Source of the DNA: a virus
IMG/VR virus record: IMGVR_UViG_3300028840_006907
Location: 128,001 to 192,000 of that record
Reading direction: 5' to 3' (one strand)
Length of the DNA: 64,000 bases
Within the stretch, counting starts at the first letter, position 1. Every line of letters starts with the position of its first letter. Positions 35,457 to 45,982 of this stretch are shown here, in pieces. The notes below the pieces were generated by a model that saw nothing but the letters and a program-made list of their open reading frames with translations, was not told the origin of the DNA and made no database searches. A program made the position numbers and the translations under genes.

Positions 35457-36296
35457 TTAACTACCGCCCTTCATTTTAGTTATAATTACGCCAACTATTA
35501 CAGCGACAACTATAAATCCAATAAAAAGAAGAATGTACAGAACTATTTTTGCATCATTTTCATTTGTAGGTTTTCGATCTACATGTACGACTTGTGGTGT
35601 TTGTACATGTTGTACACGAGGAGTAGTTAAAGCAGTTAAAACGAGGGCATCAACAAGAAAATCATCATCGTCATAGACAACAAAAACCCCTGAGCTATTA
35701 CGATAACCGTATCTGCCATTATAAAAGTCAGTTTCATACCGTTGCCCGTTAATTTCACGGTATCTAGGAACATGATCTGGCATTACGTCAGGTTCTTTAT
35801 CATATGTTTGATTACTTAAAGATTTTCGATAAGCTGTTTCAGCTTCTTTTTTAGATTTAAAAGTTTTTCCTTTTAAAGCCTTGTGTTTTGACAGCTTTTT
35901 ATCAACAGCACTTTTCTGGGAAGCATTAAGTTTAGGAACAGTTGTAGTCTGATTTTTACTAGTTCCATCCTTTCCCTTTATAGTACTTGAACCGGTAGGT
36001 CGTGTTAAAGATGACTTGGTATTAGTACCTGTATTATTTTTTAATTCTGCAGCTTTTTTCTCAGCTTCTAATCGCTTTTTCTTTTCTGCTGCGGTTTCAA
36101 CTTTCTTCTTATCATCTTTTTTCTTTACTTTTGATGTCCCGGTAGGACGGGTAACTTGTTTCTTTTCTTGTTTCTTTTTGCTATCGCCACTCTTGCTACT
36201 ACCGGATTTTGATTTAGATTTTGCAGCATAAACATCATCAATTCCGGCACCAGAAACCAAAAGTGAAAGAAATAGAATTATAAAAATTCTTTTCAT
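35457..36296 (-). CDS. Lys-rich protein with N-terminal signal-like and C-terminal transmembrane segments
   Basis: N-terminal MKRIFIILFLSLLVSGAG, K/S/T-rich low-complexity middle, C-terminal IVLYILLFIGFIVVAVIVGVII. Confidence 0.45.
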   Translation of the reverse strand: MKRIFIILFLSLLVSGAGIDDVYAAKSKSKSGSSKSGDSKKKQEKKQVTRPTGTSKVKKKDDKKKVETAAEKKKRLEAEKKAAELKNNTGTNTKSSLTRPTGSSTIKGKDGTSKNQTTTVPKLNASQKSAVDKKLSKHKALKGKTFKSKKEAETAYRKSLSNQTYDKEPDVMPDHVPRYREINGQRYETDFYNGRYGYRNSSGVFVVYDDDDFLVDALVLTALTTPRVQHVQTPQVVHVDRKPTNENDAKIVLYILLFIGFIVVAVIVGVIITKMKGGS

Positions 36297-36304
36297 AATA
36301 ACCT

Positions 36305-36338
36305 TCCATTTAAAAGTGATGGGGGCTAATGAGCCCCC
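36305..36338 (-). terminator. terminator-like hairpin (minus strand)
   Basis: GGGGGCT-AATG-AGCCCCC stem-loop followed on the minus strand by a U-rich stretch, in the 47 nt gap after the flotillin gene. Confidence 0.35.
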
Positions 36339-36343
36339 TTTGC

Positions 36344-38209
36344 TTATGACGCTTCGACTTCTTCTATGAATTCTTGCTCTGCAGGTTCTGGAACTGGTTC
36401 TGTTACCTGTTCTTCGACCTGGGGAGATTCTTTAGGTTTTGTGGAAGTCATCATATTAGACACATTCTTCACTACATTTGGAAGATTATCACCTAATCCT
36501 GCTTCTTTTAATAATTGATCTACAACAGGAGCCTGAGCGCGATATCCAAGAAGTTGATCCAATAAAGATTGAGTAGAAAAACCTCCTGCAGACATTTTTG
36601 ACCCACCGTTACCATTACTATGGCCATTGCTACCGGTCAAACCTGATACGTTGATAACTTTGAAAGCTTCAATTTTTTCAAGGGGTTTTACACTGGATTC
36701 AATTACTGCTGATATGTGTTCAATTATTTGGAGTTTTACACGCATATCAACAATGTCTTTAGAGAGCCTGTTTTCAGCTTCATTGAGTTTTTCCTGACCT
36801 TCAGCTTCGACTTCGTATTTTCTTTCATCGGCATCAGCTTGAATTTTGATAGCCTCAGCTTTGGCTTTGGCTTCAATTTTGATAGCCTCAGCACGATCTT
36901 GAGCTGCTTCTTTTTCAGCCTGTGCAAGAACTTTAATTTTGGCTGCATCTGATCCGGCTACTTCTTCAGCTCTAATAATTGTAATTTCTCTGGCACGATT
37001 AGCAATTTCTTTTTCACGAGCGGTGGTTACTTTTTCCTCTGCAGAAATAGCGAGTGCTCTAGCTTCATTTGCTTCCTGATCAGCCAAAGAGGTTTCTTTA
37101 GATTTATTAGCAACTTCAATATCTCTTTCCTGTTCAGCAAGTTTTATTGCTTTCTGTTTTTCGATGGTAGCTGACTCTACTGCTTGTTCTTTAACAATAG
37201 TAGCTGATTCAATTGCTTGTTCTTTTTCAATATTGGCTTCTTGTAAAGCTTTTTCTTTTATAATATTTGCTTCGGCAATGGCTTGTTCTTTTCTAATATT
37301 CTGTTCTTCAAGAGCTTTGGTAGTTTCGATTGTTTTCTTTTTAACTTCTTTTTCAGATTCTATCCTTGCTTCTTGGGCTATCTTATTTTGTTCAGCATTA
37401 AATTTTTCTTTTGTGGCATTTTCTTCTGCTGTCCTAGTAGCAATTTCACGTTCTTGTTCAAGTCTAGAATACTCTTTTTCTTTATTAATTTTTAAAGTCT
37501 GTTGTTCAGCTTGAAGATTTTTTGTTTCAATTTTTACTAGATTATCTCTTTCAATCTCATTACGTTCTTTTCTACGCTCTTCGATGATTCTAGTTAATGC
37601 TGTCAATCCCTCAGCATCAAAAGCATTATTCTCATTGAAGTGCTCTCTACTGGTTTGATCAAAACCTGTAAGTGACACAGTTTCAAGCTCTAAGCCATTT
37701 TTCTTAAGGTCTTCCAGAACATTGTTTTGGACTTTTTGCACAAAATCAGCACGTTGCTCATGCAGTTCTCTCATTTGCATTTGAGCAGCAACAGCTCTTA
37801 AGGCGTCAACGAATTTACCTTCAATAAGTTCACGTAGTTTCTCTGGGTCAAGAGTGCGGTCACCAAGAGTTTGAGCGGCATTTGCTATGGAATCAGCTTC
37901 TGGTTGTACCCGCATATAAAACTCTACAAGAACGTCAACTCTCATACGATCTTTTGTAATTAATGCGTCCTTTTCATTTCTTCTTACCGGTAATTTTAAA
38001 GTACTAAGTTTTACCCAGGTTATTTGATGAAGTACAGGTAATACTACTGCTCCACCTTCTTTTATAACTTTTTTCTTGCCCATACCAGTACGGACAAAAG
38101 CCATATCAGATGAAGCTTTTACGTACATCCTAGCAATAATTAATCCTATAACAATTAGTGCCACTAGGATTATACCTGCCATAATTAAAATAGGCATAAG
38201 GTTTTCCAT
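36344..38209 (-). CDS. flotillin-like SPFH/band-7 protein
   Basis: N-terminal TM helix, SPFH-like region, then long E/A/K coiled-coil with repeats (EANIIKEKALQEANIEKEQAIESATIVKEQAVESATIEKQKAI). Confidence 0.55.
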   Translation of the reverse strand: MENLMPILIMAGIILVALIVIGLIIARMYVKASSDMAFVRTGMGKKKVIKEGGAVVLPVLHQITWVKLSTLKLPVRRNEKDALITKDRMRVDVLVEFYMRVQPEADSIANAAQTLGDRTLDPEKLRELIEGKFVDALRAVAAQMQMRELHEQRADFVQKVQNNVLEDLKKNGLELETVSLTGFDQTSREHFNENNAFDAEGLTALTRIIEERRKERNEIERDNLVKIETKNLQAEQQTLKINKEKEYSRLEQEREIATRTAEENATKEKFNAEQNKIAQEARIESEKEVKKKTIETTKALEEQNIRKEQAIAEANIIKEKALQEANIEKEQAIESATIVKEQAVESATIEKQKAIKLAEQERDIEVANKSKETSLADQEANEARALAISAEEKVTTAREKEIANRAREITIIRAEEVAGSDAAKIKVLAQAEKEAAQDRAEAIKIEAKAKAEAIKIQADADERKYEVEAEGQEKLNEAENRLSKDIVDMRVKLQIIEHISAVIESSVKPLEKIEAFKVINVSGLTGSNGHSNGNGGSKMSAGGFSTQSLLDQLLGYRAQAPVVDQLLKEAGLGDNLPNVVKNVSNMMTSTKPKESPQVEEQVTEPVPEPAEQEFIEEVEAS

Positions 38210-38244
38210 TTGTTAAATCCCTTTCAGTTGATTTTTTAATTTAA

Positions 38245-38949
38245 TTAAAGTTCATTTTCGATACATCTAAATGTACCGTCTTTCTCCTTTCGAATTATTA
38301 AGACCTCATCACCAGCTTTAAATTCAGCGTCATCTTCTTCGGGTTCCAGGTAAACAAGATGTTGCTGTCCGTGTTTATCTTTAAGCCGTGCTTCAGCTCT
38401 AAGACCTCTTTTTGTACTACCAACAGTAATAGTTGCAAGGGTTCCAATAAATTCATCAGATGAGACCGCAGTGCTCTCATCTTTGAATGCAATATGACTG
38501 CATAATTTTGATATATAACGTGATATCAAAATCGAAAGAACAAAAGAGGCTGGCACAATTATAAACCATGGAAAGTAATGACTAGTATATTTTTTTATAT
38601 AAAATTGACCTATTAGACCTATACCGGAGAATGAAGATAAAAATATGATGAAGTAAACGAGCATCGGTACTTTTCCTTTCACCCAAATAAATAGCTTGGA
38701 TAAAGCAGGAACACTTGCTCCTTCTCCTACATCAGCTTCTACATCTACATCTGCGTCAGCATCTATGTCAATTTCAATTTCAGGTACGTCTATATCTGGT
38801 ACATCTACGTCAGCATCAAAATCTGGAATTAATCCATCTAGGAAACCAGAGATCACTCCGGATGAGAGTACTTCTAATAAAAAAATTAATACTAACAATA
38901 CTAATGCTACTGAAAAGGCCGTATTTTCAGTAGAAAGAAAGAGTTCCAT
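38245..38949 (-). CDS. NfeD-like membrane protein
   Basis: TM segments, acidic DxDxD linker, C-terminal OB-like tail; trimmed to ATG behind AAGGAAG; lies next to the flotillin gene. Confidence 0.45.
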   Translation of the reverse strand: MELFLSTENTAFSVALVLLVLIFLLEVLSSGVISGFLDGLIPDFDADVDVPDIDVPEIEIDIDADADVDVEADVGEGASVPALSKLFIWVKGKVPMLVYFIIFLSSFSGIGLIGQFYIKKYTSHYFPWFIIVPASFVLSILISRYISKLCSHIAFKDESTAVSSDEFIGTLATITVGSTKRGLRAEARLKDKHGQQHLVYLEPEEDDAEFKAGDEVLIIRKEKDGTFRCIENEL

Positions 38950-39076
38950 TTTACTTCCTTCTTTGTAATTTGTAAATCTTATGGTTTTGGTTAATAGTGT
39001 ATTGAGACTTTTATGGTTAAAGGATTGGTTATTGCTATATTGTCCTCCTTTCAATTATTTAATTGAATATATTTAT

Positions 39077-39970
39077 TTAAGCAGCTCTACTCATATTATA
39101 TATGTTACCCATTTTTCTAAATTCTTCTTCGTCAATTTGAATCATGTTAAGGAATGCAATGACGTTATCAGTAGGTGGTATATTAGAATCTTTGATCCGT
39201 ACACAAACTTCCTCAATAATTTTTCCAGCTTTCCATACTCTGGTATGCGACCGGTTTCTATATACCTGATAGATTTTACCACTCTGCCCCTTTACCAGGA
39301 CAAAACCGTATTTGATGTATTTTCTAAATTCAGCTTCAGTGATCTCTTCGCGTAGGGTTTCGATTGCAATCTGTTCATTCTCAGGAATATTGCTTATAGG
39401 ATTGGCTCTTGATCTGATATTTATAGCTAAGTTTCTTCTGAAGTTATCTTTGATTTGCTGTCTCTTGATCTCTTTTTGTATTTCACTATAATTATCATCA
39501 CCTTTAAAGGTGAGAGTAGGCCAACTTATATAACCATCAATATTTGGATATTCTATAATGTACTTTGATGGATCGTAAGTATATTGAGCTGAATCTACAA
39601 CTCTTATTTCAGCCCCACTTGTTGCTGATCTTGTGGTAGGACTGTAATAAATTTCTGTTTTGGTAGCTGTACCTGTCCCTTGATAGACAGCATTGGTAGA
39701 CCCTGTGTCAAATATACAATTTCCAGATATTTTAATGGTAGATCCCGTGCTTCCACTATAGATATAATTAGCTGCTGATCCCGATGTAATATTGATCCTA
39801 GTAGTGTTAGCAGTACTACTTGTTGATACCAAGGCATCATATTCCGAGTATCTATCAGAGGTAATTGTACTGTTAGGGAAATAATCATTATTATTGTTTG
39901 CTCCACTTGGAGGATAATATAGGTATTTATCAGAAAATTCGAAAGTAGCTGGTGTAGCCATTATCAGCAA
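39077..39970 (-). CDS. hypothetical protein with S/T-rich N-terminal half
   Basis: ORF track. Confidence 0.4.
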   Translation of the reverse strand: MLIMATPATFEFSDKYLYYPPSGANNNNDYFPNSTITSDRYSEYDALVSTSSTANTTRINITSGSAANYIYSGSTGSTIKISGNCIFDTGSTNAVYQGTGTATKTEIYYSPTTRSATSGAEIRVVDSAQYTYDPSKYIIEYPNIDGYISWPTLTFKGDDNYSEIQKEIKRQQIKDNFRRNLAINIRSRANPISNIPENEQIAIETLREEITEAEFRKYIKYGFVLVKGQSGKIYQVYRNRSHTRVWKAGKIIEEVCVRIKDSNIPPTDNVIAFLNMIQIDEEEFRKMGNIYNMSRAA

Positions 39971-40260
39971 TCCTTTAAATGATTAATAAGTTTTTGTTTG
40001 ATACTACTACTGTTGTCAAGAAGGAATATGTTAAATTTACCTTGTTTTTTAATTAAACATAGACTGGTCTTAGTATTGCCTTGAATTTCTACCATGCCCT
40101 CTTTCTTTTTGAGTGCGTTAAAAGATTCCTCAACTTCCTTTTTTAAATCTTCCAAATCTAATTCAAATTTTATACTTCTGGAATCATCATGGAAATGGAT
40201 ATCTCCATTATTTACATGTATTCTTAGACCTGAAATTGTATCTTCGTTTGTACCACCCAT
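39964..40260 (-). CDS. hypothetical protein
   Basis: ORF track. Confidence 0.35.
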   Translation of the reverse strand: MGGTNEDTISGLRIHVNNGDIHFHDDSRSIKFELDLEDLKKEVEESFNALKKKEGMVEIQGNTKTSLCLIKKQGKFNIFLLDNSSSIKQKLINHLKDC

Positions 40261-40338
40261 AGTATTTTAATCCCTGTTTTATGGTCACCGGAGAAAGGTT
40301 GAAGCCCTCTCCGATGGTTCAAATTTATATAACTGCAA

Positions 40339-41160
40339 TTAAGCAGCCATGTTTTTTTGTTCTTCTAATTGATTTATTTTCATAAATATTTGTAAGGCTT
40401 TAGCGACTTCATCTATCCCCCAGAGTTCATAGTCCAGAAATTTAATCATGTCTGTTGGATCAGATCCGAGGATAGCAAAGGAATAAAGAATACCTGGCAT
40501 AATTGTCCCTATATCCCGAATGTAAAATTCCATGTTATTCTGACCATAGAATTCTCTTTTAATATCTGCTTCCATAACCCCTGTATCCATATATTTTGTA
40601 GCGCACCAAGCTACATGGTTGCCGTGTAATATATGTCTCATTTCCTCTGAATTAGCATTCTTTAAAGCAGCCGTTAACATATTTAAGACAGCTTTTTCAG
40701 TGTAGAGCACATCTTTTGAACCAAGAAAAGAGGAAATACTTTTAGCTAAAGACATAGTTGCTGTCTCGTTACTTATTCGGGCCTTTTCCGGTAAATCCTC
40801 AAATTTAACATAATTAGGATTCCACACTTTTTCTATTGGTTCAGCATCCGATTGAATACCTAAAGCTAACATCGCTTCTTTGGACAGATCTCTGACAAAA
40901 ACAGCATTTTTTTCTTTTCCTGTAAATGTGTAATCTCCCATTGGACCTCCTCCATACTCTATTCTGTACGTATCGCCAATTGGAAAAAAACCTCGGAAAG
41001 GATGATCTGGATTTTTTAAAAGTTTGGTTTGTCCTTCATACCATAATTGGTGAGGTAGGCGAGATGGTATGGCCATATTTTTGAGAAGATAGAGATAAAA
41101 GGCACTCCCACTTCCCGGAATACTACTCGCATTTTTTGTAGGATAATATCCCATAATCAC
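40339..41160 (-). CDS. hypothetical protein (273 aa)
   Basis: ORF track; no family recognised. Confidence 0.4.
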   Translation of the reverse strand: MIMGYYPTKNASSIPGSGSAFYLYLLKNMAIPSRLPHQLWYEGQTKLLKNPDHPFRGFFPIGDTYRIEYGGGPMGDYTFTGKEKNAVFVRDLSKEAMLALGIQSDAEPIEKVWNPNYVKFEDLPEKARISNETATMSLAKSISSFLGSKDVLYTEKAVLNMLTAALKNANSEEMRHILHGNHVAWCATKYMDTGVMEADIKREFYGQNNMEFYIRDIGTIMPGILYSFAILGSDPTDMIKFLDYELWGIDEVAKALQIFMKINQLEEQKNMAA

Positions 41161-41257
41161 ATACTCCTTTATGATTTAAATGTATGTTTATGTTATTTAT
41201 GACTAACTTTTTCCAAGCATCTCCTCTTCACACTTAGAAAAAAGTTGTTTTCTATTC

Positions 41258-41626
41258 TTAAAATACAGATTCCACTAGTTTAAAAAAGAATTGTGAACTC
41301 TGTTTTATATATTCAGACCCTTCCCGTAAAACGAAAGGCATTTTCTTCTCAAAATCTTCTAAAATATCTTTAGCTTTCTTTTTATCTTTCCCCATTACAG
41401 TGATCATAATATTATATGAATCACCATCAGGAGTTCTGACTATGCAATCTCTTTGGGATATTAAAACCATTAATGAATCTGAAGGTGTAGCTCCTTTTAC
41501 ACGTAAAGCGTATTTTTTTACTCCTGGAAATCCTAAAGAAAGTTCAAAGAAGTCATTGGAATAACGTTCTATGTGTTCTCTAATATCATCATTAACAGTA
41601 CCGACTTTTACAGCATTATCTTCCAT
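41258..41626 (-). CDS. hypothetical protein
   Basis: ORF track. Confidence 0.4.
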   Translation of the reverse strand: MEDNAVKVGTVNDDIREHIERYSNDFFELSLGFPGVKKYALRVKGATPSDSLMVLISQRDCIVRTPDGDSYNIMITVMGKDKKKAKDILEDFEKKMPFVLREGSEYIKQSSQFFFKLVESVF

Positions 41627-42002
41627 TCTGGCGTTCCTTTACAACTATTAATTTTGCTTCTTCCCAATTTTCCTGAAAGAATTCTCCAATACCTTTAAAA
41701 ATGAAATACAGAGATACTATAAGAGTCCCTATAGAAAGTATTTGCATTCCTAGAAAAGTACTTTGAAATAAGAAATGGTATCTAGGTAAAGAATCTACAG
41801 CCAATGCTATGAAATTATTTGAATAAACTAAATTGCTTGAATGAAGAAATCCGAGAATGATTGAACCTATAATAGTTGCCCCTATTAATACACTTAACAG
41901 AAATAAGGAAACGTATTTATACATTTTTACCGTTGCTTCACCAAAAAATAATTCTGTTATTTCTTGGAATTTCAATCTGAGAAATATTTGGAAGGTTCTC
42001 AT
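41616..42002 (-). CDS. hypothetical membrane protein
   Basis: Several hydrophobic helices (LFLLSVLIGATIIGSIILGFL etc.). Confidence 0.4.
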   Translation of the reverse strand: MRTFQIFLRLKFQEITELFFGEATVKMYKYVSLFLLSVLIGATIIGSIILGFLHSSNLVYSNNFIALAVDSLPRYHFLFQSTFLGMQILSIGTLIVSLYFIFKGIGEFFQENWEEAKLIVVKERQNGR

Positions 42003-42005
42003 ATT

Positions 42006-42422
42006 TTATCCTTTCGCGGTTTTGGGTACCATTAGAATTTCTTCGGCATCAACATCAAATTCAACAATTTTACGGTTTCTTTTACCATCCCTATCTACGC
42101 TATAAGCTTTCCATCCATCTTTTAACAATTGATTGAATCGTTCTTTAGCTTGTTTGGCTTCAATACCATCGTCTTTATCCCATACTATTCTTTCATCACC
42201 TTTTTGATTGAGGATTTTCATTTCATGCTTTTTAGTTACCTTTTTGGCTAGTACAACTATTTCTTCTAATGCTGGGTTAAATCTTTCGATAATAGCCGTT
42301 TTGCTTTCATTGGTAAATTGATAACCTTGTCTTTTATATCTCATAAACATAGTTTTGGCTTGATCGATTTGTTTTAAATGAGTTTTATCCCACATGATGC
42401 GAGTGTCTAAGACGAGTTCCAT
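42006..42422 (-). CDS. hypothetical protein
   Basis: ORF track. Confidence 0.4.
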   Translation of the reverse strand: MELVLDTRIMWDKTHLKQIDQAKTMFMRYKRQGYQFTNESKTAIIERFNPALEEIVVLAKKVTKKHEMKILNQKGDERIVWDKDDGIEAKQAKERFNQLLKDGWKAYSVDRDGKRNRKIVEFDVDAEEILMVPKTAKG

Positions 42423-42817
42423 TATTTACCTCCCTTTTTCTTGGTCTTCTTTGCGATGCCTATTATACTTTTTAGTTTAGCCATCATACTGAATTCTGGC
42501 CTCTCTAGTGAAATGACTATATCACCATCTTTACAGGTAAATATGAGTGTATCATTATCCCCTGAACCAGGAATTTTTTTAACATCATCTTCTTTAAGAG
42601 AATTCAGATCAAGTTCATTGATGGCATCTTCGAAAAGGTCACAATCTTTTTTAAAGAGGAGTTTACCATCAGTGATATGGACAACACCACGTTTGAAAAC
42701 TTTGTAAGTAAGGCCACTTATTTTTCCCTCTTCTACGACATTTTGCTCTCTAGATTTTTTAGAGACTTTTCTCTTCGATTTAAATTCGAGGACATTCTTT
42801 TTTTTATTCATAATCAA
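42422..42817 (-). CDS. hypothetical protein
   Basis: ORF track. Confidence 0.4.
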   Translation of the reverse strand: MIMNKKKNVLEFKSKRKVSKKSREQNVVEEGKISGLTYKVFKRGVVHITDGKLLFKKDCDLFEDAINELDLNSLKEDDVKKIPGSGDNDTLIFTCKDGDIVISLERPEFSMMAKLKSIIGIAKKTKKKGGK

Positions 42818-42885
42818 CCCTCATCAATAATAATTACTTTATGTATTAGCTTCATTACAATTACAATATCTATGTTTATTTATAA

Positions 42886-43299
42886 TCATGCTCTGAGAGA
42901 GAATTTTTCTTTCCATAACCGTCTCATAAATCCGTTAGCTGTCTGTAAATTATCTTCAGTTGTTTCTTCCTGATAATCCCGACATGATGCTAACATGGGC
43001 CGAAGATCATCTACAATAGGACTATTTTGGTTATCGAAAAATCTATCACCAGTAATTTCTCCATTCTCAATTTTCCTATAATGTATATGTCCACAGTTAG
43101 GGCAATGTACACGATGATTCCCATTCAAAGACATATTCATTTTGATATCAAAATATTTCCCACAGCTACTACAATAAAATTCTACCTTTTGACGCATCCC
43201 TTTTACCTTGTCTTGGCCCTTTTTGGTACAGTTTGTTATATATTTTACGAGATTAAGAACCCGTTTCATTAAGTAAATTTTTTTAAATTTTTTAGGCAA
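42886..43299 (-). CDS. zinc-ribbon protein
   Basis: CSSCGKYF...HCPNCGH. Confidence 0.4.
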   Translation of the reverse strand: MPKKFKKIYLMKRVLNLVKYITNCTKKGQDKVKGMRQKVEFYCSSCGKYFDIKMNMSLNGNHRVHCPNCGHIHYRKIENGEITGDRFFDNQNSPIVDDLRPMLASCRDYQEETTEDNLQTANGFMRRLWKEKFSLRA

Positions 43300-43329
43300 T
43301 CACTGTATCTTGTTATTTTAAAACCCCTT

Positions 43330-43602
43330 TCAGAAAATATTTTTTTTCGTTTTTTTATTAGGATCAGGTTTATTCTTATCTCCATATTCATGATCCATGA
43401 CAATATTTTTAATTTCATTCCAATACATATAAAGAGTCCCTTTTCCATCAGGAAATGGTATTCCGATTCTCAATGTCTCTTTTTCATATTCTGAGATTTC
43501 TATATTATATGTTCTATCCGATTGCTCTGATATATGCACTTCTGCAGATCCTGTGCCAATGTTAATTCGAGCTTCTTCATATGACTTTATTTTATTATTC
43601 AT
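43330..43602 (-). CDS. hypothetical protein
   Basis: ORF track. Confidence 0.4.
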   Translation of the reverse strand: MNNKIKSYEEARINIGTGSAEVHISEQSDRTYNIEISEYEKETLRIGIPFPDGKGTLYMYWNEIKNIVMDHEYGDKNKPDPNKKTKKNIF

Positions 43603-43711
43603 TGTAATTTTCTTCTAATATTGGTTTTATATTATGCTCTGTAATATTTATACATGTGTGCAGATGCAATTATCTCAATTTTTTTTATTTTTTTTATCAG
43701 GCTAAATTTTA

Positions 43712-44353
43712 ATGAAAAATTTGGGCAAAACAATTGATCGATTAATCTCAATTGACCAGGGTCTTGAAAAATCTTTAAAACCCATAAAAAACAAATGGAA
43801 ACGATGGCCTAAAAGAACTATGAACTATTGGGCTGAACTTCTGGAAGTTTTAAATTCGGATGATTTGATGGAGCATCCTGATCGTGATAAAATGAGTCAA
43901 GTTCTTAATGATGCCAAAAAAAGGAAACGTCCTAATTATTCTTTTGAAGTAATATCAATGCATGATAGGATTGTAGGTCCTTTAACAGGTCTTTTAGCTG
44001 ATAAAATAAGACGTTTGGATCTCAGATCAATAAAAATAGGAAGAGACCGTGCTGAGGCTAATATGACGCATAATTTAAAGATGCAGATTGATGTGGCACG
44101 AAGAGAGCAACTTTTAGAAATTGAAACCAAAAAAATATGGGTTGCTTTAAGAGATGAATTTAAATTATGGACAAAGCCTGGTTATTACAATATCAAAGTT
44201 TCAACTGAAAATAATATCCTTTATATGGTGGAACAACTCCCACAACCTCAGTTGGTCGGACCAGGTGTAATAAAGATGAATCCGGATATGTTAAAAAAAT
44301 TTTTTGATTTTATGGGGATGGATCCTCCCCCCGAACTTTTTGGAGGTAAATAG
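43712..44353 (+). CDS. hypothetical protein
   Basis: ORF track. Confidence 0.4.
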   Translation: MKNLGKTIDRLISIDQGLEKSLKPIKNKWKRWPKRTMNYWAELLEVLNSDDLMEHPDRDKMSQVLNDAKKRKRPNYSFEVISMHDRIVGPLTGLLADKIRRLDLRSIKIGRDRAEANMTHNLKMQIDVARREQLLEIETKKIWVALRDEFKLWTKPGYYNIKVSTENNILYMVEQLPQPQLVGPGVIKMNPDMLKKFFDFMGMDPPPELFGGK

Positions 44354-44889
44354 TGATCAGAGCATTAAGAGTAGTTGAAGCATATTTAAAAGAAGCCTAT
44401 GATTTCAGCTCAGTCCAGGCTGAATTTCCTGAGAAGATAGCCCAGGAGCTTCGGGATTGGGGGTATAAACATATTCCTGAAGAAGCTCTTTCTGGTGACG
44501 GGTTTGAAGATGATAAACATGTGACTATTAAGTACGGAATCCATATTAATGATTTTACTGAAATAAGAGATCTGTTTAAAGATGAAAAACCGATAGAGAT
44601 GGTCCTTGGTAAAATGACCCTTTTTACTTCAAGTCCTGATTTTGATGTATTGAAAATTGATATTAAATCACCGGCTCTGCATCGATTAAACAAAGCTGTA
44701 TCAAAAAATTTTGAAGTCACAGATACACATCCAGAATACCTACCCCATTGCACAATAGCATATGTGAAGAAAGGTGCTGCAGATCCCTTTAATGGCGATA
44801 CTACATTTGAGGGTCGTAAGGTAATATCAGATTTAATTCTTTTTTCAGGAAAAGATAATCGTCATACGGAATTTAAATTGGTTAAATAA
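44353..44889 (+). CDS. 2H phosphoesterase (LigT/ThpR-like, possibly Acb1-like)
   Basis: Two H-x-T-x motifs at the expected spacing (HVTIKYG and HCTIAYV); 178 aa. Confidence 0.55.
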   Translation: MIRALRVVEAYLKEAYDFSSVQAEFPEKIAQELRDWGYKHIPEEALSGDGFEDDKHVTIKYGIHINDFTEIRDLFKDEKPIEMVLGKMTLFTSSPDFDVLKIDIKSPALHRLNKAVSKNFEVTDTHPEYLPHCTIAYVKKGAADPFNGDTTFEGRKVISDLILFSGKDNRHTEFKLVK

Positions 44890-45681
44890 ATGAAATACGA
44901 TGTGATCATAATAATAGGTGGTGGTATTAATAAAGACGGTGACCTTCCTGAAGAGGCATCATTACGGGTCAAGGAAGGGGTAAAGAAGTATAATGATGGT
45001 ATTGCCCCGAAAATATTGATGTCAGGGCGTTGGGGTAAAGATATAGATTTTACTCCGAAGAAGAAAGAAGCAATAGCTATGAAAGAGATGGCTGTTGATT
45101 TAGGTGTACCATCCAAGGATATTTTAATTGAAACTAGGGCTATGGATACTTTAAGTAATGCTAAAGAATCTAAAAAAATTATTGATAATAGTGATTGGAA
45201 AAATATTCTTGTTGTAACCTTGGATTTTCATAAGGATCGGACTGAAAAAATATTTAGAGATATTTTCGGTGATTCTTATAATATAGATGTCTATGGAGGT
45301 AAGAGTAATTTAGAAGAGTCATTATATAAGAGACATCTGAAAATGGAAGATTTAAAAATGAAAAGATATGAGAGACAGAAAAAGTTTTCTTCTATAATAG
45401 ATACACTTGATCAAATTGCTGATGATATAGAATTACAGGATAAAAGAATTGCTCTGGCAATAGATATTGTCAGTGATCAAATAGAGAAGAGGGCTTTTTT
45501 CAATCAATCCACTTGGTTACCTGGGCGTTGTACAAGAACATATCCAAATAGGAATCAGAAATCTCATAGTAGATATGAGAAAAGAGCTACTTATATATGT
45601 ATTGCTTGTAATTTACGAAGATATTCGGCGAGTGAGTATTGCCCTCGATGCGGTCATTCTATGCAAAAGATCTTCTGCTAG
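44890..45681 (+). CDS. DUF218 (YdcF/SanA-like) domain protein with C-terminal zinc ribbon
   Basis: IIIGGGINKDG...ILMSGRWG...LVVTLDFHKDR resembles the DUF218 pattern; C-terminal CIACN...CPRCGH. Confidence 0.4.
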   Translation: MKYDVIIIIGGGINKDGDLPEEASLRVKEGVKKYNDGIAPKILMSGRWGKDIDFTPKKKEAIAMKEMAVDLGVPSKDILIETRAMDTLSNAKESKKIIDNSDWKNILVVTLDFHKDRTEKIFRDIFGDSYNIDVYGGKSNLEESLYKRHLKMEDLKMKRYERQKKFSSIIDTLDQIADDIELQDKRIALAIDIVSDQIEKRAFFNQSTWLPGRCTRTYPNRNQKSHSRYEKRATYICIACNLRRYSASEYCPRCGHSMQKIFC

Positions 45682-45937
45682 GTGTTCTTTTCCTAGCTTC
45701 ATTAATTTTTAGATTTCTACCACCTAATTCTCTGTTATTTAAGTTAGAGATAGCATCATCTGCTTCGCTATCCTTACTCATTTCGACAAAACCAAAACCT
45801 CGTGAACGGCCTGTATCACGATCTTTAATGATTTGAGCTGATACAACTGTACCAAAAGTACTGAAAAGTTCTTTTAATTCATCTTCTGTGGTTTTCCATT
45901 GAAGATTACCAACATAAATTTTCTTGTTTGGCAACAT
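45659..45937 (-). CDS. RRM-type RNA-binding protein
   Basis: RNP-2 IYVGNL and RNP-1 RGFGFVEM motifs. Confidence 0.65.
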   Translation of the reverse strand: MLPNKKIYVGNLQWKTTEDELKELFSTFGTVVSAQIIKDRDTGRSRGFGFVEMSKDSEADDAISNLNNRELGGRNLKINEARKRTPSRRSFA

Positions 45938-45982
45938 ATCCTCCGATTAATTTTAAATAAATTTAGTAGGCAGTAATATAAT

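Noticed and set aside
36700-37500. Short tandem repeats resembling a repeat array
   Set aside because: The periodicity reflects coding E/A/K coiled-coil repeats of the flotillin gene on the minus strand; there are no repeat-spacer units, so it is not a CRISPR array.
36016-37514. Antisense track ORFs 36016..36231, 36716..36952, 37164..37514 and 37283..37495
   Set aside because: Low-complexity translations (F/S/L-rich) wholly inside the long minus-strand lysine-rich and flotillin genes; taken as shadow ORFs.
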